Positions 18,622 through 26,976 of a stretch of DNA of 44,670 bases are shown piece after piece. A program made the translations under genes and the position numbers. Origin of the DNA: Acidimicrobiia bacterium (GTDB lineage Bacteria; Actinomycetota; Acidimicrobiia; Spongiisociales; SHLN01); NCBI GenBank assembly GCA_041619515.1, contig JBFKDW010000017.1, forward strand, positions 1 to 44,670, read 5' to 3'. Position 1 is the stretch's first letter. Every line of letters starts with the position of its first letter. The notes under the pieces were generated by a model, which saw only the letters and a program-made list of their open reading frames with translations, had not been told where the DNA came from and searched no databases.

Positions 18622-19632
18622 GTGGGCAGGCGGTTCACAGATCGGCTGCGGCAGGCGACCTGGCGCCCGATGCCCGACGAAGCCAAGCGGCGTCATCTCG
18701 ACGCCGTCGAAGCGGCTCGTGAGGTCAAGGCTGCCTGGACGCCACCTCGCCTCGGCGTGCGACGGCGGCTGTCGGTAGGACTGGTGGCGGCCGCCCTCAT
18801 CGTTCTCCCGACGGGCATCGCCCTGGCCGCCGAGGGCTCGCTCCCCGGCGATGCGCTCTACCCCGTCAAGCGGGTGACGGAGAGCATTCGCTCCTTGCTG
18901 GATGACGACGTCGTCGCCGAGCACCGGATCGAAGAGCTCGAGCAGCTGATGGCGAGCGACGCCCCGGCCGAAGTCATCGCCGACCAGGTGGACAGGGCGA
19001 CTCGAGAAGTGGATCGGTTGGGGAGCGGCCATCGGCTCGGTCCCCGGCTGGATGTAGCGACGGCGGTCGTCGCCGCCGACCCGGTCGACACCCGCCCCCC
19101 CGAGGCCGATCCACCCACCGCCGGCGATCCCGGCCCCGCCGACCCAGTCGATCCGGTCGATCCGATCGACGGTGAGCCGGTCGACAAGCCGGCGGTCACC
19201 ACCGGCACCATCGCAACCATCGACGACGCCCCCACATCCACGACGATTGCCCCCGCCCGGCCGGCGACCACCACCACGGTGGTGGATAGGACCACAACCA
19301 CCACGGCGCCACCCGATGTTTCTAGACAACGGGTGTTCGGCTACGTCCATGCCGGACCGACCTGCCCGGTAGAGCGGTTCCCGCCGGATCCCGACTGCGC
19401 CGACCGGCCGGTGGCAGGTGCCGTACTCGTGTTCTTCGACCAGGACGACGTAGAGGTCGCCAGGGTGGAGTCGAACCGCGCCGGGCGCTTCGAGACGCAG
19501 CTGCCGGACGGCGGGTACCTCCTCCGGCCCCAGCCGCACGACGGGCTGCTCGGCACCGCTCCCGCCCAGGAGTTCAAGGTAGCCGGGGAGCCGGTCGAGC
19601 TCGACGTCGCCTACGACACCGGGATCCGCTGA
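18622..19632 (+). CDS. Putative anti-sigma membrane protein (DUF5667, Pro/Thr linker, beta-sandwich C-terminus)
   Basis: Follows the sigma gene directly. One TM segment, then SLPGDALYPVKR..E (DUF5667), a low-complexity P/T/D linker and GPTCPVE...C.DRP...GRF...L..G.Y. Confidence 0.75.
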   Translation: MGRRFTDRLRQATWRPMPDEAKRRHLDAVEAAREVKAAWTPPRLGVRRRLSVGLVAAALIVLPTGIALAAEGSLPGDALYPVKRVTESIRSLLDDDVVAEHRIEELEQLMASDAPAEVIADQVDRATREVDRLGSGHRLGPRLDVATAVVAADPVDTRPPEADPPTAGDPGPADPVDPVDPIDGEPVDKPAVTTGTIATIDDAPTSTTIAPARPATTTTVVDRTTTTTAPPDVSRQRVFGYVHAGPTCPVERFPPDPDCADRPVAGAVLVFFDQDDVEVARVESNRAGRFETQLPDGGYLLRPQPHDGLLGTAPAQEFKVAGEPVELDVAYDTGIR

Positions 19633-19644
19633 GCGGCCCCGAGC

Positions 19645-20394
19645 TCAGTCGCTCAGCGCATCGATAACCCGGCCGACGTTGTTGCTCTCCCGGGCGCGGA
19701 TCAGGAACAGTCCATTGCTGAGCAGCCAGCCGGGTTTGAGGACCACGGAGGCGAAGTCGGCCGTCCAGGTGTCGCGTCGGTTCACGAATGGGAGCTGGTC
19801 GGCTTCGGCGAGCGGTGCCAGCTGAGTGGCCAGGCGCCATGCCTCGTCACGGGCGGTATCGATGCTGAACCTGATGACGGCGCTCTGCGCCCGACCGCCG
19901 ATGCGATCGAGCAGCCATATCCAGGGTGAGACCTCGGCCACGTCGTCCACGAATCCGTCGATCATGCGGGCCAACACCACGTTGATCGTGTCGAAGTCCC
20001 GCTTGAGCGGCGCCAGCTCGGCCCCGGGAGCCACTGCGGCTGCGGCGATGCCGAGGTCGAGGTTGATATGGGCGTTCATCCCGACGAGCAGATGCTGGAT
20101 GATGATGGGCCGCCATTTGGAGGCGCTCTCGAAGGCGGCCTGCCACGAATGGGTCGACGCCTCCCCGGCGACGAAGGCTCGGAAGGCACCGATGTAGCGG
20201 AGGGCGAAGATCACGTCCAGCCGGGTCATGCGGGCCGGGTCTTCGAACTCGCCGGCGTCGATCGCCGACTTCACCGCCAGTGTGACCTTGCGATACATGG
20301 CGGCGAAATAGCCCACCCGGCTCTGCTGCTGTCGCGCCCAGCCGACGATCTCATCGAGCTCATCGACGATCTCATCGATTGATGTTGCCGCCAT
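19645..20394 (-). CDS. DUF5995 family protein
   Basis: GYFAAMY..VT, F.DP..M..LDV.FA..Y, LLVGMNAHIN.DL, DF..IN.VL. Confidence 0.8.
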   Translation of the reverse strand: MAATSIDEIVDELDEIVGWARQQQSRVGYFAAMYRKVTLAVKSAIDAGEFEDPARMTRLDVIFALRYIGAFRAFVAGEASTHSWQAAFESASKWRPIIIQHLLVGMNAHINLDLGIAAAAVAPGAELAPLKRDFDTINVVLARMIDGFVDDVAEVSPWIWLLDRIGGRAQSAVIRFSIDTARDEAWRLATQLAPLAEADQLPFVNRRDTWTADFASVVLKPGWLLSNGLFLIRARESNNVGRVIDALSD

Positions 20395-20464
20395 CGTGCT
20401 CCTGGGCCGACGTGCCGGATCTTACGCTCCGTCTGGACCTCGCCGCACCCGGTACCATTGAGAT

Positions 20465-21430
20465 ATGAGGCCGTCGACCGCTGTGGTGGACGAGCGCTTC
20501 CTGATCGGCGACTACGTCCCCGCCTACCGCACCGCCTTCGAGGCCGGCCGGCTCGGAGCCAAGGTGGAGGCTGCCCTCGAGGAGCTCGGCCGCTGCCGGG
20601 CATGCCCCCGTGATTGCGACGTCGATCGGCTGGCCGACGAGCGAGGGGTCTGTCACACCGGGCGGTACGCCTACGTCGCCTCGGCCTTCCCCCACTTCGG
20701 CGAGGAGGATTGCCTGCGGGGCTGGAACGGATCGGGCACCATCTTCTTCGGCTACTGCAATCTCAAATGCGTGTTCTGTCAGAACTGGGATATCTCCCAG
20801 CGGGAGGCGGGCCGGGAGGCCACTGCCGGGGAGATCGCCGGCATCATGCTGGATCTGCAAGAGCGCGGCTGTCACAACATCAACTTCGTGACGCCCGAGC
20901 ACGTAGCCCCGCAGGTGGTGGAGGCAATCGCCCTGGCGGTTCCGGCCGGCCTCAAGGTCCCCATCGTCTACAACACCAGCGGCTACGACGCCATCTCCTC
21001 TCTCCGCTTGCTGGATGGCCTTGTCGACATCTACATGCCCGACTTCAAGTTCTGGAAGCCGGACACCTCTCGCCGCCTGGGCCGGGCCTTTGACTATCCG
21101 AGCATCGCCCGCGCCGCCATTGGAGAGATGCACCGCCAGGTGGGGGACCTGCGCCTCGGAAACGACGGCCTGGCCCGCCGGGGCGTGCTGATCCGGCATC
21201 TCGTGATGCCTGGGCACGCCGATGAGAGCGCCTCCATCTTCGGCTGGCTGGCCGAGACGCTGGGGGAGGACACCTACCTGAACATCATGGCGCAGTACCG
21301 GCCACAGCATCGGGTACCCGGGACCGAGCGGTACCGTGACATCGACCGTCGACCCCGGCCCGACGAGCTCGAGGCGGCGTATCGCGCCGCCCGGGATGCC
21401 GGCCTGCGGAGGTTCGACGAGCATCGATGA
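20465..21430 (+). CDS. pflX: Radical SAM protein, PflX family
   Basis: C.ACPR.C.VDR, HFGEE..L.G..GSGTIFF, CNLKCVFCQN (CxxxCxxC), HNINFVTP.H, DIYMPDFK, RHLVMPG, MAQYRP. Confidence 0.88.
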   Translation: MRPSTAVVDERFLIGDYVPAYRTAFEAGRLGAKVEAALEELGRCRACPRDCDVDRLADERGVCHTGRYAYVASAFPHFGEEDCLRGWNGSGTIFFGYCNLKCVFCQNWDISQREAGREATAGEIAGIMLDLQERGCHNINFVTPEHVAPQVVEAIALAVPAGLKVPIVYNTSGYDAISSLRLLDGLVDIYMPDFKFWKPDTSRRLGRAFDYPSIARAAIGEMHRQVGDLRLGNDGLARRGVLIRHLVMPGHADESASIFGWLAETLGEDTYLNIMAQYRPQHRVPGTERYRDIDRRPRPDELEAAYRAARDAGLRRFDEHR

Positions 21431-22524
21431 GCGGCTCCTTCCCTCACCCCGATTCGGTCGTGGCCACCAAGTACTGGCACCGGCTGGCGGACGGCCGCAT
21501 CCAATGCGACCTGTGCCCGCGGGCCTGCAAGCTGCGGGAAGGTCAGCGGGGAGTGTGCTTCATTCGCGGGTGCCAGGATGGAGCGATCGTGCTCACCAGC
21601 TACGGACGGTCGAGCGGGTTCTGCGTCGATCCCATCGAGAAGAAGCCCCTCAACCACTTCTACCCGGGGAGCGCAGTGCTGTCGTTCGGTACCGCCGGAT
21701 GCAACCTTGCCTGCCGATTCTGTCAGAACTGGGATATCTCCAAGGCCAAGGAGTACGACACCCTCGCCGACCGGGCATCACCGGAACAGCTGGCCCGGGC
21801 GGCCCGCCACCATGGTTGTCGCAGCGTGGCATTCACCTACAACGATCCGGTCATCTTCCACGAGTACGCCATCGACGTGGCCGCCGCCTGTCGCCGGGCC
21901 GGGGTGAAGACCGTTGCCGTCACCGCCGGCTATGTCTGCGCCGAGCCGAGGGCCGAGTTCTATGCCGCGATGGACGCGGCCAATATCGACCTGAAAGGAT
22001 TCACCGAGGAGTTCTACAAGCGGGCCTGCGCCGGCCGGCTCGGACCGGTGTTGGAAACGATCGAGTACGTCGCCAACGAAACCGACGTGTGGCTGGAGCT
22101 CACCACGCTGCTCATCCCCGGCCTCAACGATTCGGCCGATGAGCTCGATCGGCTCACCAGCTGGGTGCGAGAGCACCTCGGGCCGGATGTGCCCCTCCAC
22201 TTCACGGCATTTCATCCCGACTACAGGATGCTGGATCGGCCGCCGACCCCCCCGGCCGCCCTCACCCGGGCCCGGCGCATCGCCCTCGGCAACGGGCTGC
22301 GGTATGTCTACACCGGGAACGTCTCTGATCCGGCCGGCCAGAGCACGTACTGTCACGGCTGCGGGTCAACCCTCATCGCCCGAAATCGCTACCGGCTGGG
22401 GGAGTGGCGCCTCGACCCAACCGGCGCCTGTCTCGAATGCGGCACAGCCTGCGCCGGGATGTTCGATCCGCTCGGCCCGGGTGATTGGGGACCGCGGCGC
22501 CTGCCGGTGCGGATCACCGCCTAG
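21427..22524 (+). CDS. amrS: AmmeMemoRadiSam system radical SAM enzyme
   Basis: CDLCPR.C, DPIEKKPLNHF.PG, GCNLACRFCQNWDIS, AFTYNDP, NIDLKGF, PLHFTAFHP, YVYTGN, T.C..CG. Confidence 0.93.
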   Translation: MSGSFPHPDSVVATKYWHRLADGRIQCDLCPRACKLREGQRGVCFIRGCQDGAIVLTSYGRSSGFCVDPIEKKPLNHFYPGSAVLSFGTAGCNLACRFCQNWDISKAKEYDTLADRASPEQLARAARHHGCRSVAFTYNDPVIFHEYAIDVAAACRRAGVKTVAVTAGYVCAEPRAEFYAAMDAANIDLKGFTEEFYKRACAGRLGPVLETIEYVANETDVWLELTTLLIPGLNDSADELDRLTSWVREHLGPDVPLHFTAFHPDYRMLDRPPTPPAALTRARRIALGNGLRYVYTGNVSDPAGQSTYCHGCGSTLIARNRYRLGEWRLDPTGACLECGTACAGMFDPLGPGDWGPRRLPVRITA

Positions 22525-23354
22525 GGCTGCGTTCGTGAGCCGCCATCTCGTCCTGTGCGACCCTCGGTGCCGGCCAGCGCCGGTCCGAGCGCGAAGCCGC
22601 CATATCCGACGACCCGGTGGCGGTCGCCGGAGGTGTCACCGGAATTGCGCAAATCGAGCAGCCGGCATTGCCAGTTGTGCTCCTTGGCGACCAGCAGGGC
22701 CGCCTGGATGGCTGTGAGGCCACAGGCATCTCCCCCCCGCAGGTCCCCGGCCCGGAGCTCCACGACGGCTTGTGCCGTCCGCTCGTCGCGCCGGCGGGCG
22801 GTCTGGTAGTCGTGATAGTGGGAGAGATCGGAGCTGATGATGCCGAGGGCCGACCCCTGGTGGAGAGCGGCGTCGAGAACCGAAGCGGCCGCCTCGGCGG
22901 TGGTTTCGCCGGTGAGCAGGGGCAGCACGGTGAAGGCGTCGAGCACATGCTGGAGGAACGGAAGCTGAACCTCCAGGCTGTGCTCCCGGGCATGGACGGC
23001 CGCGCTTTGGACCACGCCGGTGGGCTCGGTGGCGTCGATCCCGACGAGGCCGAGTGGTGTCTGGAGGGCGTCGGCGTCCGGGCCGGCCATCCCGGCGAAG
23101 TGCACGAAGTGGGACGGGCCGAGGGCGATGATTCGCCGGGGGCGGGGCGTCACGTCGGCGAGGATCCGGTAGGCGGTGGCGGCGACCGGCCCCGAATAGG
23201 CGTACCCGGCATGCGGCACGATCAGGGCCGCCGGGTCGATGTCGAGGGGCGGGGGGTCGGCATCGGCCAGCATCCGCTCCAGAGCAGCGGACAACTCGGT
23301 GGCCGAGCGGGGATAGAACGAGCCGGCAACAGCCGGGGGCCGTACAACTCCCAT
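22521..23354 (-). CDS. amrB: AmmeMemoRadiSam system protein B (MEMO1 family)
   Basis: RPPAVAGSFYP, PHAGY.YSG, GPSH, EHSLEVQLPFLQ, SSDLSHY, ACG, NSGD...VVGY. Confidence 0.93.
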   Translation of the reverse strand: MGVVRPPAVAGSFYPRSATELSAALERMLADADPPPLDIDPAALIVPHAGYAYSGPVAATAYRILADVTPRPRRIIALGPSHFVHFAGMAGPDADALQTPLGLVGIDATEPTGVVQSAAVHAREHSLEVQLPFLQHVLDAFTVLPLLTGETTAEAAASVLDAALHQGSALGIISSDLSHYHDYQTARRRDERTAQAVVELRAGDLRGGDACGLTAIQAALLVAKEHNWQCRLLDLRNSGDTSGDRHRVVGYGGFALGPALAGTEGRTGRDGGSRTQP

Positions 23355-23444
23355 GGGTGAAGTATGCGGCTGCGGCCGGTTGTTTCGTTAGGGCAGTCGT
23401 ACCCGAATCACGGCTGGCCCGGCGGCGGCTTCGAGTCCCGCCAG

Positions 23445-25124
23445 CTACCGCCAGTCGACGCTTCCGGTATCCGGGGTCACGTGCAGCCAGGTGCGGCCCG
23501 GATCGAGGGGGATCTCACGGCCGTCGGCACGCACGAAGCGGAAGAATTCGGAGCGTTCCTCCCGCTCCCAGGTTCCGCTCCACGCCCGGCCGTTTCGGAA
23601 GACGACGGCAGGGCCGCTGCCCGTGACGACGTAGTCCGGAACCGGGCTGCCGGCGGAGTCGAACCGGCCGGTTTCGATGCGGTCCACGAACGCGACCACC
23701 ACGTTGTCGGCTGTGATGGGGACGCCGGAGGCGTCGACCGAGGCTTCGCCGGACTGCGATCGGACATAGGTGGTGCCGTCGAAATCCCAGGCGGGGGTAT
23801 TGGGCACGGACATGGCCACGTCGATGTAGGTCGCCACCTCGCCACCGGGTGGAATCCACCGGTCGAACCAGAGGACCGGCTCCACGGTGCCCCCCCACTC
23901 GTCGTCGGGCAGCCGCTCGACGTTGTACATGAGGTCGTACACCGGCCGCCGCCCGGCCTCGCGGTAGTAGCCGGGGATGCGTCCGTGGCCTTCGTCCACC
24001 CCGACGGAGGCGATGGCGGCCCGCACATGCGGCTGGCCGCCGCTATGCAGCACCCGGGAATCGAACGGTTCGATCAGCTTGGGGTCGACCTCCCGCACGC
24101 TGCGCAGCGGCCCCACAATGTCGGGGTAGTCCGTTTGGAACAGGGCAATCCAGCGGCCGACGCCCCATTCGACGATGACTTCCATCACCAGGTCGGCCTG
24201 GTTGATCCCCGCTTGCGGCCGGCCCTTGGATGAGTTCGAGATCTTGGCGATGACCACTCTCCGGGAGGCATCGCCGCCGGGCAGCCCGGTGAGGGGGGCG
24301 ATGGCGGAGGTTGGGGGCACGTGCAGGTGAAGGTTGCCGGCCACCGGTCGCCAGCCGACCCGTCCGAATCGATAGCTCGTCTGCGCCGGACCCGTCCACA
24401 GCGGGTTGCGGGTGTGGACGGTGGTTGTCGGTGATCGGTAGACGCCGGGAGAGTCGGCGCCATCGCCGTTCCAGTCGCCGATCACCAGGGCATCGTCGGC
24501 CTGGCCGAAGTACAGCGAACCGGTGGTGTTGGCAACGAAGGAGTCCGGGGTGTCGTTGGTGTAGAACACCGAAGACGACGACACGCGGTGCAGGAACAGC
24601 CCGTCGGTCCCGTCACCGTCGGGGTCGCCGGCCGAGGGGATGTCCTGGAACGTGCCGAACCAGAACACCTTCTGGGCAACCGTGGTGGCGTTGGTATGCG
24701 CGAGGAACACCTGTCCGCGCCTGCTGAGGCCGAGGGTGTCGATTCCGTCGCCGTCCCAGTCGCCCGTAAAGACCTTGTCGCCCGGCAGCCCGAAGAAGAA
24801 CGTCACCTCGGGTTGGTGGCCGGTGCTCCCGTGCGCCGGGATCCGGTTGGTGAGGTGGGCCGATCCCCGCGCGGGCCGATAGACACCGGGAGTGTCGATT
24901 CCGTCGCCGTCCCAGTCGCCGAGGAGAGGGATGTCGCCGGGCTTTCCGAACGTGAACGTGTAATCGAGCGAGCCCGGCAGCCGGACATGCCACGTTCCGT
25001 TCGGTTCCACCAGTGCCACGGCATCCGCCCCACCCGTTGCCGCCACCACCGGTGCAGCCGGCAGCAGAGTCGCGCACAGTGCCGCGCCGACCACTATGAC
25101 ACCCGCCGCCCGTTTTCCGCCCAC
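23445..25124 (-). CDS. Secreted DUF3048-domain protein with N-terminal GDWDGDG repeats
   Basis: Signal peptide, about four GD(W/P)(D/N)GDG.D repeats, then APLTGLP, KI.N....RPQAGI..AD.V.E..VE....R, GP.RS.R (DUF3048/YerB-like). Confidence 0.82.
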   Translation of the reverse strand: MGGKRAAGVIVVGAALCATLLPAAPVVAATGGADAVALVEPNGTWHVRLPGSLDYTFTFGKPGDIPLLGDWDGDGIDTPGVYRPARGSAHLTNRIPAHGSTGHQPEVTFFFGLPGDKVFTGDWDGDGIDTLGLSRRGQVFLAHTNATTVAQKVFWFGTFQDIPSAGDPDGDGTDGLFLHRVSSSSVFYTNDTPDSFVANTTGSLYFGQADDALVIGDWNGDGADSPGVYRSPTTTVHTRNPLWTGPAQTSYRFGRVGWRPVAGNLHLHVPPTSAIAPLTGLPGGDASRRVVIAKISNSSKGRPQAGINQADLVMEVIVEWGVGRWIALFQTDYPDIVGPLRSVREVDPKLIEPFDSRVLHSGGQPHVRAAIASVGVDEGHGRIPGYYREAGRRPVYDLMYNVERLPDDEWGGTVEPVLWFDRWIPPGGEVATYIDVAMSVPNTPAWDFDGTTYVRSQSGEASVDASGVPITADNVVVAFVDRIETGRFDSAGSPVPDYVVTGSGPAVVFRNGRAWSGTWEREERSEFFRFVRADGREIPLDPGRTWLHVTPDTGSVDWR

Positions 25125-25268
25125 GCCAGCTCCCAGAATCGCCCGCCGACCCTATCAACGTGGCACCACATTGGGCAATTGGCAAACCGGCCGATTGCCG
25201 GTGCGGAGGCAGCACTCAAGAAGAAGCGAGAGGGTCCGATTAACTAGTCATGCTTCGAGGTTTCTGTC

Positions 25269-26150
25269 GTGTCTGATTTGACTGGAAAGCTCGCCTCCTT
25301 CGGCGTGCGACAAATACTCGGGTTCCTCGCCGACACCGCCAAGACGGGGGAGCTCTCGGTGCGGTCCGAGCGCGTCGAAGGGCGCATCCTGTTCGACGCA
25401 GGGTCGGTCGTATATGCCACCACGGCCACCGGAGCCGATCCCGTGGGAGAGCTGGATGCGTTGATGGAGCGCTATCGGGCCGGGGGATACGATCGGTGGG
25501 CGTTCGGTGGCGACTCAGCTGAACCGCCGGCGACTCTGCAGGATGTGCTCACCGAGCAGCTCACCGAGGTGCTCTACCAGATCGACCTCTTCGAGTTTGG
25601 CTCTTTCGAGTTCACCCAGGCGGCGGATGGGCCCGCCGACGAGGCACTGCAGTCCTTCACGGTCGATCACTTGCTCGAACAGGTTGACGCCCGGGCCGAG
25701 GCGTGGCGCCGGATCCGGGCGGTGATCCCGTCGAACGATTCTCTCTATCAGCTCGTTGCCCGCCTCGCAGAGGGGCGCTACGAGGTGACACTGCCCGCCT
25801 CACAATGGACGCTGCTGGCCGCTCTCGGCGGGGAGGCATCGGTGTCGGAGGTCAGTGCCACTCTGGACGTCTATGAGTTTCATGCCGCCCGCAAGTTCGC
25901 CGAGCTCGTCGAGAACGGGTTGTTGGAGCCATCCGATGGCACCGGGTGGGACGAGGAGGAGCCGGCCGCCCAGCTGTGGAACGGTGATGACGAGGCCGAA
26001 TGGGACTTCGACCCGAACGCCGATGGTGAGCCGGAGATCCCGCGCCTGGAGCCGACCACCGATCCGGTTACCTTCTCCAAGAACGATCTCACTCGTGAGG
26101 AAATGGACGAGGTCATCCGCAACATCGGGAAAGGTATCTTCCCGAACTGA
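25269..26150 (+). CDS. DUF4388 (PatA N-terminal-like) domain protein
   Basis: LTGKLASFGV.QILGFL....KTGEL.V.....GRI.F..G.VVYA, G.FEF, a winged-helix-like segment and an acidic tail. GTG start. Confidence 0.8.
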   Translation: MSDLTGKLASFGVRQILGFLADTAKTGELSVRSERVEGRILFDAGSVVYATTATGADPVGELDALMERYRAGGYDRWAFGGDSAEPPATLQDVLTEQLTEVLYQIDLFEFGSFEFTQAADGPADEALQSFTVDHLLEQVDARAEAWRRIRAVIPSNDSLYQLVARLAEGRYEVTLPASQWTLLAALGGEASVSEVSATLDVYEFHAARKFAELVENGLLEPSDGTGWDEEEPAAQLWNGDDEAEWDFDPNADGEPEIPRLEPTTDPVTFSKNDLTREEMDEVIRNIGKGIFPN

Positions 26151-26316
26151 TTGCCGGTCCGTGGTGGCGACGGCGCCGCGCCCTGCTTCCTGTACCGGTG
26201 GCCGTTGCACCCCGTGCGAGTGTGAGTGGCGTCAACGTTTTTTCCCATGTGCCGATATTCACCGTGCGGCCGGCACTTCGGAGGGAAGCCCGTCTGTGAC
26301 GGAGAGAGGAGTTGGC

Positions 26317-26856
26317 GTGGACTACGTGTACGGGGTGCTGACCGATCCGGGCGGGAACCAGTCCGAGCTGGTCGTGCTTCCTGCCGAGCGCGCCGAAGAG
26401 CTCGCCGAGATCAAGGCGCTGCTCCGCTCCCGCACCTGGGGAGAGCTGCGGGCCCGGGCGACTCCCGCCCGATATCGCGAGTTGCTCAGCCTGTCTGGGT
26501 ACGGCGAGTTCGCCGAGCTGGATGCCAACATGTCAATCGGGAGCGGGGTTCGGGAAGCCCTCGAGCTGGCGTTGGCCGAGTTCGACCCTCATGCGGTTCC
26601 GCCGGGAGACGCCGTCCCGTTCGATCCAGTCGAGGCGCTCGGCGAGGAGTATCCGCCGGATGCCCACTACCTCCAGAACCTGCACGTCTCGCCCACGATC
26701 GTCGACCGATGGGGGATGCGCTATCTGACCGCCCGCAACCTCGCCTGTGTCATGTTGCGAGCCGACGGTGTCGAGGACGTGGTCAGATCGCTCGAGGAAG
26801 AAGGCCACACCTGCCGGGAGGACACCGACCTCATCCGGGCGGGAATCACCGGCTGA
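26317..26856 (+). CDS. Hypothetical protein
   Basis: Open frame with GC-rich third positions; SD agaggag before GTG 26317. No family recognised. Confidence 0.65.
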   Translation: MDYVYGVLTDPGGNQSELVVLPAERAEELAEIKALLRSRTWGELRARATPARYRELLSLSGYGEFAELDANMSIGSGVREALELALAEFDPHAVPPGDAVPFDPVEALGEEYPPDAHYLQNLHVSPTIVDRWGMRYLTARNLACVMLRADGVEDVVRSLEEEGHTCREDTDLIRAGITG

Positions 26857-26976
26857 CTTGAGTTTCTCGTCCCCACCCTCCGTGGCCTAGTGTTGGTCGT
26901 GGGCCGGGGCCGGATGGGCCCGGGGCTGAAATGAGGCCCGCGACGGCGGAGCACGGGACCATACGAGGGAGGGATC

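Noticed and set aside
17499..22524. Cys-repeat protein as a RiPP precursor (ranthipeptide or graspetide) for the nearby radical SAM enzymes
   Set aside because: Both radical SAMs belong to the PflX and AmrS families with no visible RRE or SPASM domain. There is no ATP-grasp ligase or transporter, three genes intervene, and the protein has a Sec-type signal peptide.
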